Source of the DNA: a virus
Lineage: Duplodnaviria; Caudoviricetes
DNA: 64,000 nucleotides
IMG/VR virus record: IMGVR_UViG_3300032093_000005
Direction: 5' to 3' (one strand)
A model generated the notes under the pieces. It saw only the letters and a list, made by a program, of their open reading frames with translations, was not told where the DNA came from and did no database searches. The translations under genes and the position numbers were made by a program. Shown piece by piece: positions 28,710-38,964 of the stretch; within the stretch, counting starts at the first letter, position 1; each line of letters starts with the position of its first letter.

Positions 28710-29000
28710 TTATAGAATGTTGCAACTTGTTTGGATTGTTTGTTCTTTTTGTTTTTCAGGTAAATCACTTGGTACTTCATAAAAATGTAAATGAATGGTT
28801 TCTCCGTCGTTCCAGTGTCTTAAGACTCCTGCAACAATGAAAATATTAGTAAGAAGATAAGTGAGGAATATAACAGTCCGTATACTAGCAATGTAATCTG
28901 ATTCGTTGTCATTTTTAGACGCTTTCTCCCCCAATGCTTTTGCCCACCAACGCCACAACGTTTTTCTCTTCTTCGTATACTGATTTTCTAGTTGTGACAT
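28710..29000 (-). CDS. Hypothetical membrane protein
   Basis: WRWWAKALGEKA...IRTVIFLTYLLTNIFIVAGVLRHW. Confidence 0.65.
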   Translation of the reverse strand: MSQLENQYTKKRKTLWRWWAKALGEKASKNDNESDYIASIRTVIFLTYLLTNIFIVAGVLRHWNDGETIHLHFYEVPSDLPEKQKEQTIQTSCNIL

Positions 29001-29211
29001 ACTTTAATTCATTCCATTGATTATGGTAACATAAAACTAACAATCTGTCATTACGATGAAGACGACAGGCATTGTAATTTTGCAAATCCTTTGGTTGAAC
29101 AGATGCTTCAATTGTAATATATTCATCACTCTTAAAGTATACCCATCCCTCAACACCTTTTGTCCATGTTACATAATCATTGACTTCAGGGATATAATTC
29201 ATACAAAACAT
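28915..29211 (-). CDS. Hypothetical protein
   Basis: YIPEVNDYVTW...EGWVYFK...YITIE. Confidence 0.6.
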   Translation of the reverse strand: MFCMNYIPEVNDYVTWTKGVEGWVYFKSDEYITIEASVQPKDLQNYNACRLHRNDRLLVLCYHNQWNELKYVTTRKSVYEEEKNVVALVGKSIGGESV

Positions 29212-29486
29212 GACTCCAATGCGGTTAGTTTTGGCACCATTGCACTATAAGGTGTTGTATTTCTTATGTCCACCGATTGTCCAACACTTTTGGAGTTGAT
29301 GGGGGAATGATAGGTTCTAGTTTTGGTGTTGTAGAATCCCCAGATACAACAAACGGGATCACCACCATTGTAAATAAACCTACGCTGATAATGAATCCAA
29401 ATTGCAACAACATTCTGTTTAAAGTCTGTCTGCTCATAATAGTAACCTTTAGGTGCTTTATGTGGAAAATCAGTAATCATCTCCAT
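29199..29486 (-). CDS. Hypothetical protein
   Basis: DFPHKAPKGYYYE...NTTPYSAM. Confidence 0.65.
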   Translation of the reverse strand: MEMITDFPHKAPKGYYYEQTDFKQNVVAIWIHYQRRFIYNGGDPVCCIWGFYNTKTRTYHSPINSKSVGQSVDIRNTTPYSAMVPKLTALESCFV

Positions 29487-29769
29487 ATTCTAATCCAGAT
29501 TCAGCATTCATCATTTCAACAGTCGTTTGGAATTTTTTTGCGATGGTAAGATCATGAGTCTTTCCAATGTCGTAGATTGCTTCAACATCGTAGGTTGGTG
29601 CAGTAATCCAACTAAATCCCTTGCCAAAAGTATTATCAGGGTTGACCACATACCAATGGCAAGCAGTGTCAGGGACGAATACAGAACATTTTTTCCAGTC
29701 ATTGTCCCATTGTGGCACTTGTACAAATGATAATGCAGCAAACAGAAAACCAAAAAGACTCAGAAACAT
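29470..29769 (-). CDS. Hypothetical protein
   Basis: 99-aa ORF with hydrophobic N-terminus. Confidence 0.6.
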   Translation of the reverse strand: MFLSLFGFLFAALSFVQVPQWDNDWKKCSVFVPDTACHWYVVNPDNTFGKGFSWITAPTYDVEAIYDIGKTHDLTIAKKFQTTVEMMNAESGLEYGDDY

Positions 29770-29926
29770 CAGTTGTCAATAACAGCACGAAGATTATTGG
29801 GGTTATGTCCCAAAGAAAGATAATTATTCAACATAAGATCACACTGTTCTTTTGTTAGTTTTTGTGCCTCATCATCAATCAAGGTCCATCCAGTGGTATA
29901 CAATTCTTCAATACGATAGAGTTTTG

Positions 29927-30157
29927 TCATGTGGTAAATGCCTCCAGAATACCCGATTCATACTCATCAACAAGTGCAAACTTCTGAGAATTGACAACAC
30001 GTTCCATAATACGATCTGTGTAACGATCATCAAATGATTGTTCTTTTGAGAGAATCTCAAATGCTTCAGTGTCGTTACTTGCAATTAAATTGATTAGACC
30101 ACCATATTCACTAGAAGGAAATGGCACCCAGTAATCAATAATGTAAAGATACTTCAT
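29927..30157 (-). CDS. Hypothetical protein
   Basis: YIIDYWVPFPSSEYGG. Confidence 0.65.
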   Translation of the reverse strand: MKYLYIIDYWVPFPSSEYGGLINLIASNDTEAFEILSKEQSFDDRYTDRIMERVVNSQKFALVDEYESGILEAFTT

Positions 30158-30337
30158 CGGTTTTTGTAAATTACTTTTTTATTTTAGAGGAATGATTCAA
30201 ATTTGTCAACTGACGTTGAAGTTCAATTTGAATTGACATTAGATGAGAATATAGAAATTGTTGATACTCATTATCCTTTATCAATGATGTCAGATTATCA
30301 ATTTGCATTAATGCGAGAATGAGTTTTGTTTGTTGAT

Positions 30338-30520
30338 TCATATAAATTCTGCCATATAATAATCAACAGTTACTTCTAACTCGCTTGCTTTTTGTTCATA
30401 AAACAATTCAGTATACTTTTCTGCTTCTTGCCATTTCTGATGTGAATCAATTTCGGTTTCAGAATGTTTCATGAAATCTTCAAAAGCAGACATAAATTGC
30501 TGAATATCTTTTTCGTTCAT
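30338..30520 (-). CDS. Hypothetical protein
   Basis: 60-aa ORF ending VTVDYYMAEFI. Confidence 0.6.
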   Translation of the reverse strand: MNEKDIQQFMSAFEDFMKHSETEIDSHQKWQEAEKYTELFYEQKASELEVTVDYYMAEFI

Positions 30521-30768
30521 CAGCAGGCACCGTTCATAGGATTGACATTTTTAACTTCAGTGTTGAACCCAGTCACTTCCCAACCCAATCCAATGCGTTC
30601 ATCCATCTCACGTTGAAAGTCACGCATCGTGATACACTTGTAAGACATAGCATCAACACCACGAAACTTGAGCACTTTGAACATGTGACGAGTGCTATCT
30701 TTGACAGGAAAGTAATCCACAGTCATGGAGGGTTCACCGTCAATCTTGGAGAAGGTAGACAGTTGCAT
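30520..30768 (-). CDS. Hypothetical protein
   Basis: 82-aa ORF downstream of the dyad promoter at 30830. Confidence 0.65.
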   Translation of the reverse strand: MQLSTFSKIDGEPSMTVDYFPVKDSTRHMFKVLKFRGVDAMSYKCITMRDFQREMDERIGLGWEVTGFNTEVKNVNPMNGAC

Positions 30769-30801
30769 CAGAGTCTCTCTCGATTACCTCTGTATTATAG
30801 G

Positions 30802-31005
30802 TCAGAAAGAGGGCACCACATCGTTGCGTAGACCAGTTTGCGAACTGTCCATTTGTTCAAAAACTGAATAGAGTTTGTTATACAGTGCTGGAACACTTCC
30901 GTATTCCCGTGCAATCTGATGTTCCTCACGCAAAGTTAGAGTCTGTAGTGCAGATAGAATTACACCGATTTCATGCACATTCAGATTTACAATAGTTTCA
31001 GTCAT
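30802..31005 (-). CDS. Hypothetical protein
   Basis: 67-aa ORF. Confidence 0.6.
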   Translation of the reverse strand: MTETIVNLNVHEIGVILSALQTLTLREEHQIAREYGSVPALYNKLYSVFEQMDSSQTGLRNDVVPSF

Positions 31006-31154
31006 TTAATTCTCCATCATTGAATTAATTTTGTCAATAATAATACTACATTCATCAGCATAATCTTCTTCTTCTAACATTCCTTCTTGCTCAACAGCGT
31101 CCAGAATGATCTCCCACTCACGTTCGGTAAAAAACTCTTTGATTGATTGTTTCA

Positions 31155-31520
31155 TCAGTCCCAAGATACATTTTCAAGAAGAACTCCAGGCATTACATAA
31201 GTCCAACCAGTTCCACCAGGTTTGTAATCCCACTTGTATTCATATTTGTTGTGACTATCCCAAGTCATATATCCTTTTTCTTTATCAAATCGCCCCTTGA
31301 TCGTCAGAGCAAACTTATTAGAGAAAATATTGCGAGTGCGAAGCGCACCGCTCTTTTCCCGAGTTTCAATCACAACACAAGTATCCTCAAAGAACTCAGT
31401 ACCAGACTCAATTCCACAGGGAGTTTCATAGCGAAACGGACGATACGTTGAAGTTTGCTGCTGTTGTGCGAATACAGGAGACGCAAGAAGAAAAAAGGAA
31501 AGAAAAATAGATTTCATCAT
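31155..31520 (-). CDS. Hypothetical protein with signal-peptide-like N-terminus
   Basis: MMKSIFLSFFLLASPVFA-QQ. Confidence 0.65.
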   Translation of the reverse strand: MMKSIFLSFFLLASPVFAQQQQTSTYRPFRYETPCGIESGTEFFEDTCVVIETREKSGALRTRNIFSNKFALTIKGRFDKEKGYMTWDSHNKYEYKWDYKPGGTGWTYVMPGVLLENVSWD

Positions 31521-31556
31521 TTGTGAGTCTGCTTGTGTCGGATAATGACCTTCATA

Positions 31557-32054
31557 TTATACTGCCTGAGTCAAGCGGTTAGGAAAAAACTGTACCACTT
31601 CTGGAACTGGTACATTCAGTTCGTCAAACAAATACTCAAGATATAGGGTTTCTTCTTGTTCCCGTGCCTCAATTTCGTGTGGTTGATGCCAATACTCATA
31701 CTTCTCTACGGGTTCTTTAGAATAACACAATTTTCCATAACGAACCCGCAACGAACCATCTACCCACTGCCGCATATGCGTCAGTTCATGCAAAAGAGTT
31801 TTTATATACAATTCCTCATTCATGTAAGTATCAAGTTCAATTTGAAATTCACGAGGACGATACTGCTTATCTATTATATCACAATATCCATTGACACCTT
31901 CACGTTTCAAACCACGATGAATAATATCAATGACAATCTTATGGCGTGGAAAGAATTTATTCAGAAACCAAGCGGTAACATCCTCACAGACCCGTTTGCG
32001 ATAACCGTATCCACAATGAATGAAGTAAGACATTGCCCCCAATGCAAAAACCAA
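31557..32054 (-). CDS. Zn-dependent metallopeptidase-like protein
   Basis: TLLHELTHMRQW (HExxH) and PHEIEAR. Confidence 0.7.
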   Translation of the reverse strand: MVFALGAMSYFIHCGYGYRKRVCEDVTAWFLNKFFPRHKIVIDIIHRGLKREGVNGYCDIIDKQYRPREFQIELDTYMNEELYIKTLLHELTHMRQWVDGSLRVRYGKLCYSKEPVEKYEYWHQPHEIEAREQEETLYLEYLFDELNVPVPEVVQFFPNRLTQAV

Positions 32055-32097
32055 ATGAAACTTGAAACAAACAGAAGTTTTTCTTTAGCAGTCATAC

Positions 32098-32556
32098 TCA
32101 ACGAGCATAGAGATAAGAACCACACCAATCTGCATTCTCAAGCAACCATTCACGATCACTGATCAAACGCAGATCATAGCGAACACCTTTGGCGGGCGCT
32201 TTCCAACTGGAACTTTTGTAAACTTCACCAGTCTTCTTGTCAATGAAGCAGTGAACACTCCTGCTCCCATTTGCAACCATAATGATTTTGTGATACTTGC
32301 GACCCGTTTCAGGGTAGAACTCATAACCACAATTGCCGTTCTTCAGGTCAGTGATACATGCTTTGTGATACTCAACAGAGGTAACAGCACCAGCAAGAGA
32401 AAAAGTCAAAACAGACTGCTCATGAGACTTGATGCTGTAATCAATAAAGTTCTGACGCAGTGCCTCACAGAGAGCATAGGTGTGACCCAGAACTGCCTCT
32501 GCGATGTTCTTCCGTGCCTCTGCTTGGGCGGAGTAATCAGCGAAGGTGGTCGTCAT
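32098..32556 (-). CDS. Conserved hypothetical protein
   Basis: GRKYHKI...SVHCFIDKKTGEVYK..SWKAPAKGVRY; start re-assigned. Confidence 0.7.
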   Translation of the reverse strand: MTTTFADYSAQAEARKNIAEAVLGHTYALCEALRQNFIDYSIKSHEQSVLTFSLAGAVTSVEYHKACITDLKNGNCGYEFYPETGRKYHKIIMVANGSRSVHCFIDKKTGEVYKSSSWKAPAKGVRYDLRLISDREWLLENADWCGSYLYAR

Positions 32557-32631
32557 CGGTTCGTTGCGTATGTGCTTATTATAGGGCACCCAGAGGGGTC
32601 TGGGATGCCCCGTGTGCCAGTTGTTAGAGTG

Positions 32632-33036
32632 TCACTTATTCATTTGAAGAGTGGGCACAGGCATACCACCTTCTGTTGGAACATAAATGGTCACATTGCC
32701 TTTGTTGCTACCTTCTTCCAGTCCAGTAATGTAAAGATACTGAAGATATTCACGATTATCTTTCAAACTGTTACCAATGATTTGGTTTGCTTTTGCAACA
32801 CCTTGAGCACGAATCACCTCAGCATCAGCAAGTTGTTGTGCCGAATCTTTCTTTGCTTGTGCTTCCAGAACTGCTACCTGACGAGTATATTCTGCTTTCT
32901 GAAGTTCTGCTTTACCTTGCAGAGATTGTGCCCACACATTGTAGAGAGGACCAACCACAGCATTGATAATAAACAGAGAGAGAATAAAGGAAGCACCAAT
33001 AATTGTGGCGTTCCGCATAGTGTTATCTTCTTTCAT
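32632..33036 (-). CDS. Membrane protein with SPFH/band-7-like coiled coil
   Basis: N-terminal TM; AEVIRAQGVAKANQIIG..L...YLQY. Confidence 0.6.
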   Translation of the reverse strand: MKEDNTMRNATIIGASFILSLFIINAVVGPLYNVWAQSLQGKAELQKAEYTRQVAVLEAQAKKDSAQQLADAEVIRAQGVAKANQIIGNSLKDNREYLQYLYITGLEEGSNKGNVTIYVPTEGGMPVPTLQMNK

Positions 33037-33215
33037 TTTGAGGAAACTCCAGTAGATTTGAAAATAGCGTTAGCAAGGAAGATGATAGCAAAGTTCTGCC
33101 AGAAGGTCAAGGATACACTAAACCAAGACAGAATCAAACCAAGCAACCACGCCTCAAAGAGAAGTCCAGCAGTGGCAAGGACAAGAACAACAAAGGCAAG
33201 ACCAAAGATTTTCAT
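33033..33215 (-). CDS. Small membrane protein
   Basis: Two hydrophobic helices. Confidence 0.6.
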   Translation of the reverse strand: MKIFGLAFVVLVLATAGLLFEAWLLGLILSWFSVSLTFWQNFAIIFLANAIFKSTGVSSK

Positions 33216-33295
33216 TGTAATTTTTGATTACCCACATATTATAAGGGGTCCCCAGTGCCCTGAGAACCCCCTGTGTGCCAGTTTTAGAACCGTCC

Positions 33296-33508
33296 TCAAT
33301 CGTCGTAAACTCTACACTCAAGTGCATTAGGGTTTGCATCACAATAAAGCTCAAGTGGTGTAGGATCGTGAGAATCTTCTGGATGATGATTCTTATATGC
33401 TTTTAGTGCTTCTAATTCTTCTTCAGTATGTCTCCTAGACTGAGGAGAAATTGTAGGATCACTCAAAAGTTCTTCATCCTTCTGGATGTGTTGGTCGATG
33501 TTATTCAT
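33296..33508 (-). CDS. cp12: CP12 Calvin-cycle inhibitor
   Basis: C-terminal DPTPLELYCDANPNALECRVYDD; ATAAATA at 33530-33536. Confidence 0.9.
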   Translation of the reverse strand: MNNIDQHIQKDEELLSDPTISPQSRRHTEEELEALKAYKNHHPEDSHDPTPLELYCDANPNALECRVYDD

Positions 33509-33798
33509 GGTTTTGTATCGGGTTGATAATATTTATTTTATCGTGGTGTACAATCACCTTTACCTTCCAGTGATCGAACCATAAGTTCAGTGAATTTTTC
33601 CATCTTTTCAGCAGAAACTGACTGGGGACGATAAGTTATAGCATCTTTGAGTGCCACAAGTTCATCCCATTCCTCTTGAGTAAGATTTTTAGGACCAGTT
33701 TTTGCTAGAGTCATAGGTGTTTTGCGTTGTGTCCCAATATTAGCATTTCAATACATTAGTATCTAGTAACTTAATGTTTTCTTTGGGATCCTGTTACA

Positions 33799-34155
33799 CT
33801 ACTTAATAAACTCATCAAGGGCATCAAGATCATCTTTAAGTTCTTGTTCCCTTTTCTTGTCGTGATAATAAGACCATAGAGCATTATGAACATCCATCAA
33901 ATGATCTATCCAAAACCCAGAAGGATAAATTCCAAGATCATCCATCAATCCTCTGTGACTGGTTCCCTCACTTTCTGCTTTACACATAATATAGCAGATT
34001 GCCTGAACCATATCAAGTTTATCTTCTTCAGAAAGCATAAAATACTTTCCTACTGCACGTTGCTTTGCTTCTTCATTTGCCTTTTGCATTTGTTTACAGG
34101 CATCAGAGTCCCACCATTCTTTTAGTGCCTTGCCGAGTTCGTTAGGTTCAGTCAT
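33799..34155 (-). CDS. Hypothetical protein
   Basis: Start re-assigned to MTEPNELG. Confidence 0.65.
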   Translation of the reverse strand: MTEPNELGKALKEWWDSDACKQMQKANEEAKQRAVGKYFMLSEEDKLDMVQAICYIMCKAESEGTSHRGLMDDLGIYPSGFWIDHLMDVHNALWSYYHDKKREQELKDDLDALDEFIK

Positions 34156-34375
34156 CTTTCCCAAAAATAGTTCCAAAGAAACCAGAGTCTCCTGGTTTAC
34201 GGTTTTCAAGTTTATCAAGAAGAGAATCAGTCGTTTGTAGTGTTTCAATACGACTAATCATATCAGCAATCACAGAACATACCATAGGACGTTCATTTTT
34301 TGCTGCCCAATGTAGAGCATTTCTTAGGCACCCCTCTGCTTCTTTTAAGTTTTCTTCAACTTGATTTGTCAGCAT
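34148..34375 (-). CDS. Hypothetical protein
   Basis: 75-aa ORF. Confidence 0.65.
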   Translation of the reverse strand: MLTNQVEENLKEAEGCLRNALHWAAKNERPMVCSVIADMISRIETLQTTDSLLDKLENRKPGDSGFFGTIFGKDD

Positions 34376-34399
34376 TTTAAATATTTCAACTTAATTTCA

Positions 34400-35194
34400 T
34401 CATACCATTTCTCTCATGCTTTTGTCAATCCCTCTATTATTTTGAAATCTTGAGAGGGCATTATAAGTTGAAATATGCCCTGTAATGAGACATCTCCATT
34501 TGATTTTGTTTTGTTTTTTAGCATTTTCACTTCTTTGTTCTTTTGTCAATCCACATATACCTATCTTAAATTCTTTACAAGTATTTCCTTGTTTTTTACC
34601 TCCTGCTATTCTTGCTTTTTTCATATCTTCATCATTCATTCCAAATAAACCTTTACCTTCTTCATACAATTTTTTACCTGCTATTTTTCCACCATTACTA
34701 CATATTTCCATTTTTCTTTCTTCTGCCAATCCATATATTCCCACTTTATTAATTTTGTTTATTTTTGATGCCTCTTTACCACCTTTTGAAAGAGATTCTT
34801 GTTTTAAATATTTTCTTGCATTTTTTGCATTTTCTATTCTTTGGTATTCACTAAATGAATGAATACCCTTTTTACTATCTCTAACACTTATTCCATTCTG
34901 CCTTTTTATTGATATAGAATAAGAACCTCCACATCTTTCATTAAGGCAATAAGAATCATTAAGAACTGGTTTTATCAATCTATCTTCAAGTTTTCTACAT
35001 TCTTCATAACCTTCATCAGTATAATCAAATACTTCTAATATTTGTTTCTTTGGAGTATAAAGTTCCCAACACCACTTATTTGTTATTGGAGAACCCCAGT
35101 ATTCCTCATCAAATACTTTTTCTTTCTTACTTCCATAATAGTAGTAAGGAACTTCTTCAAAGGTAATTTTGTATGTGTAGATACGTGGTTGCAT
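34400..35194 (-). mobile_element. Free-standing GIY-YIG-like homing endonuclease with repeated basic DNA-binding motifs
   Basis: RIYTYKITF...YYYGSK...YWGS N-terminus, CLNE, and repeated GI..L..E.R.E...KGG units; late promoter TATAAATA at 35222-35229. Confidence 0.7.
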
Positions 35195-35457
35195 AGTTCT
35201 ACTCTAATTTGCTCGCATATCTATTTATATTAAAAAGGAGGGACTTTCACCCCCCCCTCCCGATAAGTGCGAGCAAATCAGGTAATATTATTTAGTGCCA
35301 TTTAATCGATCCTCACATTTAGTATAAAAAGTTCCATTTACATAACAAGACTTACCTGCTTCATAGTATTTTACCACAGGTATTTGTGTTCTTGGATATT
35401 CTACCACATTTTTTACATGACAGAATAGATTATAACCACAAATAAGAGTTTCAAGCA

Positions 35458-36072
35458 TCAACACTCATCCATTCCAAGTGGTTTAGACACTTTAGTAAGT
35501 GTATAAGATCCATCGCCATTATCAACCCATTCAACCTGATCACCCTCCTTTAGGTTTGCTGCTTCAAGAAGGTCATCTGGGAAAGTTACAAAACATTCAC
35601 CACTTGGTTCTAATTCAACAGGAAGTTGCCACTTTACAACCTTATCTGCTTTTTCTTGTTTTTCTGCAGCATCACACATTGCATTCAGTTCCTCATCAGT
35701 GTACCGAACACTACTTACGGTTGAACCAGTGCTTTCCCAGAAAGAGTTCCAAGCATCTTTGCATTCGGGTGATGGATCATCTTTATCACAAGTCAGAGGG
35801 TTTTTTACATCACCATCACGCAAGTCACCAACAGTTGCCTGCCAAGCAAGTTTAAACTTCTCATCAAACTCCTCAATGAAGTATCCAAGAAACTCATATG
35901 CTGCCATTGTCATGGCCTCTGCACGTTCTTGTTGATTGTTACTGCAACATTCGTTTGCAACATCAATCATTTCACGGGCAGAGACGACCTTTGCAATGAT
36001 CATCTCAAGATCATTCATTGTATCCCAAACTTTCTGATACTTAATTGCCATGACGTTTGAGTTCTTCCTCAA
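35458..36072 (-). CDS. Hypothetical protein with C-terminal AbrB-like domain
   Basis: C-terminal FVTFPDDLLEAANLKEGDQVEWVDNGDGSYTLTK. Confidence 0.65.
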   Translation of the reverse strand: MRKNSNVMAIKYQKVWDTMNDLEMIIAKVVSAREMIDVANECCSNNQQERAEAMTMAAYEFLGYFIEEFDEKFKLAWQATVGDLRDGDVKNPLTCDKDDPSPECKDAWNSFWESTGSTVSSVRYTDEELNAMCDAAEKQEKADKVVKWQLPVELEPSGECFVTFPDDLLEAANLKEGDQVEWVDNGDGSYTLTKVSKPLGMDEC

Positions 36073-36204
36073 TTGCTTGCTGTACTATAATGGAAATCTC
36101 TTTGGATGTCAACCCATTTAACCATTTCCAATTTGGATCTTCCTTGTCCCAATCCATTGTGAACGATCCATCCTCGTTCTCTGTTATTTTAAGTGAGTCT
36201 TCCA

Positions 36205-36405
36205 TCACATATCAATATGAATATCATTTATCCAAGTTTGTTTTTCTGCTTTACGAAGTTTTTTCAATTCTTTCAGCATTTCTTTAATTTCTTGGTATGC
36301 TACTTCGGGAGACATCTTATCAGAAATTTCAAGTCCTACAATATATTGCACTTTGTCCCCGAATCGGGCAAGTGCTCTTTCAAATTCAGTTAGAGTTTCG
36401 TACAT
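36205..36405 (-). CDS. Hypothetical protein
   Basis: 66-aa ORF, translationally coupled. Confidence 0.65.
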   Translation of the reverse strand: MYETLTEFERALARFGDKVQYIVGLEISDKMSPEVAYQEIKEMLKELKKLRKAEKQTWINDIHIDM

Positions 36406-36632
36406 TATTTGTTAAGTGAAAATCTATCAAGATTATAAGGTTCGGATGCAAGGATGTCAATACGTGCTTCAAGACTGTTAAAAATTTCGTATATTGAGTT
36501 AGTCGTATTGATATTCTCTTCTTCAAGAACTTTAACACGTTGCTCTAACTCAACAACTCTGGTATAGAGTTCATCAATCAAAACAGGATCTTCTAGTCCC
36601 CATTTCTTTTGAAACCAATTTGTTCCAATCAT
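36405..36632 (-). CDS. Hypothetical coiled-coil protein
   Basis: 75-aa ORF. Confidence 0.6.
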   Translation of the reverse strand: MIGTNWFQKKWGLEDPVLIDELYTRVVELEQRVKVLEEENINTTNSIYEIFNSLEARIDILASEPYNLDRFSLNK

Positions 36633-36779
36633 AATACACCTACAGATTTAAGATAGTTTCGATATCCCATATATCTTCTCATATTTGGTTGATCTTTAAC
36701 ATCTAGTTGATGACAGATCTCACAGTAACATAACCACTCATACCATGGCGTAGTAGGATCTAAAACATGATATGGATGA

Positions 36780-36986
36780 TCAGAGTTTTCCACCTACAGT
36801 TCCTTCATGAGTTTTGGATTCAGGGAAACCTTCCTGCCGTCCTTTAAGAACATAACGGGTTGCTGATACACATTGCTCTTCAGTGAGAGACGTGACCAGT
36901 CCGTTACCATCTTTGTCGGTAGAATCCCAGAGTCCATACTTTTTTTGCTCAACATAGAAGCAATCATCAATCAGTTTTTTTTCCAT
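36780..36986 (-). CDS. Hypothetical protein
   Basis: 68-aa ORF ending VGGKL. Confidence 0.65.
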   Translation of the reverse strand: MEKKLIDDCFYVEQKKYGLWDSTDKDGNGLVTSLTEEQCVSATRYVLKGRQEGFPESKTHEGTVGGKL

Positions 36987-37451
36987 TTTTCAAATCAGGA
37001 TGAGGTGCATAGAGTGGTCCTTCATAATTACCAGCAAACAAAGATAGATTCTTGACTGCTTCTACAACAGCAGGAGTTTCTTCCCAGTTCCACTCATTAC
37101 CATGCTTATCAACAAAAGTTCTAATTGTCATATTTGTAACTTAATTGAATGTCTTTCTTTTTAAGGTTGTAGCGATCAATGTGCTTTTTACGATGTTCTT
37201 CTGTTTGAAAGTAACATTTACGTGTTTCTTTTCCATCCTTATGAATCAACTTCCATGGAAATTGATCAAACGGAAACTCTTCGCTGTAATCCATCAGGTA
37301 GGTTGCTCAACACGTTGAGTATACACGGCATCAAACAATTCGTCAAGCACCTCACCACAGGTATGATACTCTTTACTGTTCAGCACGGTCTTATCATACT
37401 GATAACGACGCACAGCAGTGTAAATGAGTTTATATTGTTCAGGTGTAAAGT

Positions 37452-37634
37452 TCATTCAGTTCCTCCATAAAGTCGTTGTCCTTCTTCATATCCTAGTTGA
37501 TATGCCGCTTGTAACCACTTGATGATTGCTCCGTAATCATTTGTTTTAGCAGCATAATCAAAGTCATCATAGAACCGCTCAGAGCGGAATGAGAACCCTT
37601 CCATCTCTTCAAACCAATCATTAAAATTAGTCAT
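37452..37634 (-). CDS. Hypothetical protein
   Basis: 60-aa ORF. Confidence 0.6.
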   Translation of the reverse strand: MTNFNDWFEEMEGFSFRSERFYDDFDYAAKTNDYGAIIKWLQAAYQLGYEEGQRLYGGTE

Positions 37635-37971
37635 AAAGATGCTGTTCGTGTTGCAACTTATCTAGGTGATGATAAATTGTCTGTTGTGAATACTGAAACT
37701 CTTCAAATCGTTGTGGTTTCTTCTGCTCCATTCGAGTGAGCATATTGATCCAATCATAATGAGTATTGATTACCCAACCATAATGTGCATCATTCATTTT
37801 AGTTCAAGTGTTTGGGTTTTTCTGTATCAAATTGGTAGAACTTTACATCTTTCATATCAAGACACATACGGATAGTTTCGTGCTCTCGGTGCTCTCTAGC
37901 AGTGCCTTTATATAATGCTCTGCGTTGGTATGCACAGCACCAGATGTTATAGAATATTTTAGATTTCTCAT

Positions 37972-38927
37972 TCACTGCCCTAACCTCAACTTACGTTCAG
38001 GTGAAATAGTGCGATTGAATGGGTCATCATAAGGAAAAATATATTCTTGCATCCAACCATAAGAAAGTGCTTCCCAAAAATCATCTGGAAAGTGCTCAAT
38101 AGTATCATAACTATCCAAAGCATACCAGAAGTTATGGAAACCATCAAGGAAGAGTTCCCATTTTGTTGGGTTTTCAAATCTCATTTAGATTACCTGTATT
38201 AGGAGACCATAAGGTGCTTAACTTCTTACCTTTCACTATAACATTAAAGTGATCAATCTGTCCATTTTTACGAGTAATCCCAATCCACACACTATCAGGA
38301 CCCATCACTTCCATATGAAATGTATCAATATCCCGCACGATAATCTCATCGGGATTCTTACATTCTTCCTTTGGAAAATCGTTGCGGTCTTCTGTCATTT
38401 CAAAACCTCATAAACATCAACGGCATCATAATCTCCAATACCAAGTTTGAACCTTACAAAATCAGTGAGGTCAGTAGCATCACATTCATAGACACAATAC
38501 CCACCATTATTATCACTTTGAACATAATTGGTGTAGTAATCATCAATCACCACCATAATTGCAAGAGCACGGGATTGGTCGTGCTCTGTGATGGTTTTAT
38601 GAGGATGTGCTACGATATTCGTGATACACTTAAAGAGTTCTTCTCTTGTGTATGAGAATGCTTTTGCTTCTTGGTTGAGTGAATAAGTCATCAAACCTCT
38701 CCGTATGCTTCCAGAATAGCACGGGCAACTGCGATTGCCAAATCCTTCTGTGCGATACTCATATCCTCACGAGCACCCCCTTCACAGGAAGTAATGAAGA
38801 CACCAGCATTATCTACTGTAAGTTCTACCCGATGAAAAATCTTTTCATCATCAGGGTCAGACATCGTGAAGACATCAATCTTACTGCGGAGCACATCAGT
38901 TCCAGGAAGTTTTGTGTAGAAAGGCAT
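37972..38927 (-). CDS. Four coupled small hypothetical ORFs (37972-38184, 38174-38398, 38395-38694, 38691-38927)
   Basis: Overlapping stop/start codons; downstream of the dyad promoter at 38991. Confidence 0.6.
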
Positions 38928-38964
38928 TAGGGAGTTCCTTTGTGTATGAGACTATTATAGGGCA

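Noticed and set aside
32251-33330. 359-aa plus-strand ORF
   Set aside because: Spans three minus-strand genes and two minus-strand promoters; no motifs.
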